Source: Schmidtea polychroa
Taxonomy: Eukaryota
DNA: 64,000 bases
Direction: 5' to 3'
Assembly (NCBI GenBank): GCA_044892525.1
Contig: CM097885.1
Span: 31,560,001 to 31,624,000 of the forward strand
Shown: positions 63,150-64,000 of the stretch, in pieces
Position numbering within the stretch: position 1 is the first letter of the stretch
How the letters are laid out: each line of letters begins with the position of its first letter
Notes under the pieces: generated by a model
The model's database searches: none
Told to the model about the DNA's origin: nothing
The model's input: the letters and a program-made list of their open reading frames with translations, nothing else
Translations under genes and position numbers: made by a program

Positions 63150-64000
63150 TTGGGTTATTTATTGTAATCATAAAAATAATATTTGACAACAACTGCTTTA
63201 TAATTAAATTTTATTTTATTTAAATCGGACAATTACATCTGGTAAAAATTTGAAATTAAATGATATGATGTTTTACTGGTAAATCTAAATGTAAATTTTG
63301 CAATGTTTTACTAGCGTATAAAAATATGCTTAGCGTTGTATATAAAATCTGTTTGTGTCGCCATTTTCATCTCATCGAAACATGACTTTTCTTTTAATTT
63401 TATAAGATGTATCAGATATAAAAAAATATTTTCAGACAATTTGTTTTGAAACAATTTGGAAAATGTTGAAATACATCCACTAGAGATTTTTAAAGATTTA
63501 AATTTAAATATTAAATATTAATTATTAAATTCATTTGTGCATCAAACGAGATATTAAAGAATTTAATAGAATAAAGAATATTAAAGAATATAAAGAATAT
63601 AATATATCATATAAAAGTGCAAAATTATTAAAAATTTGAAAAATCGATATTTGTCGAGGAAAAAGGTTAACGATGCATATAAATTTAACAATTGCAAAAT
63701 TAATTAATTAATTAAAATATATTAATTAAAATATAATTAATTTATAATTTAAATATAATTTTAATACAAAAATAAAAGTGGTCGGAAAATAGAACACACT
63801 CAACCAAAAAACTACACTAATTCGATTGGGTAATGACTTCTATAATATAAGTTGGTGTGCAAATCAACTTCATCGTTGCTGTTCAACACCAACTATCCCC
63901 GACTATAAAGCAATTGAAGATTTGCTAACATATATTTTGCGGTTGGAAAAAGAAGTGGTATCCTAAAAATAAAAATAATTGTATCTAAAATTTTATATTT

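Noticed and set aside
59700..64000. Possible host exons on the minus strand (~59720-59860, ~61300-61430)
   Set aside because: Slightly higher GC, but no identifiable product or verifiable gene model.

Overview
AT-rich, transposon-dense window from a eukaryote, probably an invertebrate with ~40-50 nt introns. Host genes: RBMX2, SMNDC1/SPF30 and a Wee1-like pseudokinase. The centre is a complete 16.3-kb Polinton/Maverick (22975-39247; AGTAGT...ACTACT ends, TATACA TSD, with an empty copy of the target site nearby). It encodes pPolB, protease, major and minor capsid, integrase, packaging ATPase and, unusually, a TATA-binding-protein homologue. It also has mosaic asymmetric TIRs and two predicted spliceosomal introns. 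A second, decayed Polinton lies at ~49.4-53.5 kb. Each Polinton carries an antisense insertion of the same ~350-380 bp retrozyme-like element with a minimal type I hammerhead ribozyme. The better-preserved copy has a U1-snRNA-like 5' head just upstream of the ribozyme, and this is the best candidate here for an undescribed system. Other elements: a 5.3-kb TG...CA solo-LTR-like element (4-bp TSD) carrying its own gene family, with at least three diverged copies in the window; five hAT-type elements, four with verified 8-bp TSDs; a 1.07-kb solo LTR; a Ty3/gypsy pol relic; an RLE non-LTR fragment; MITEs; and tandem and hairpin arrays. All calls are by eye; no database search was run.
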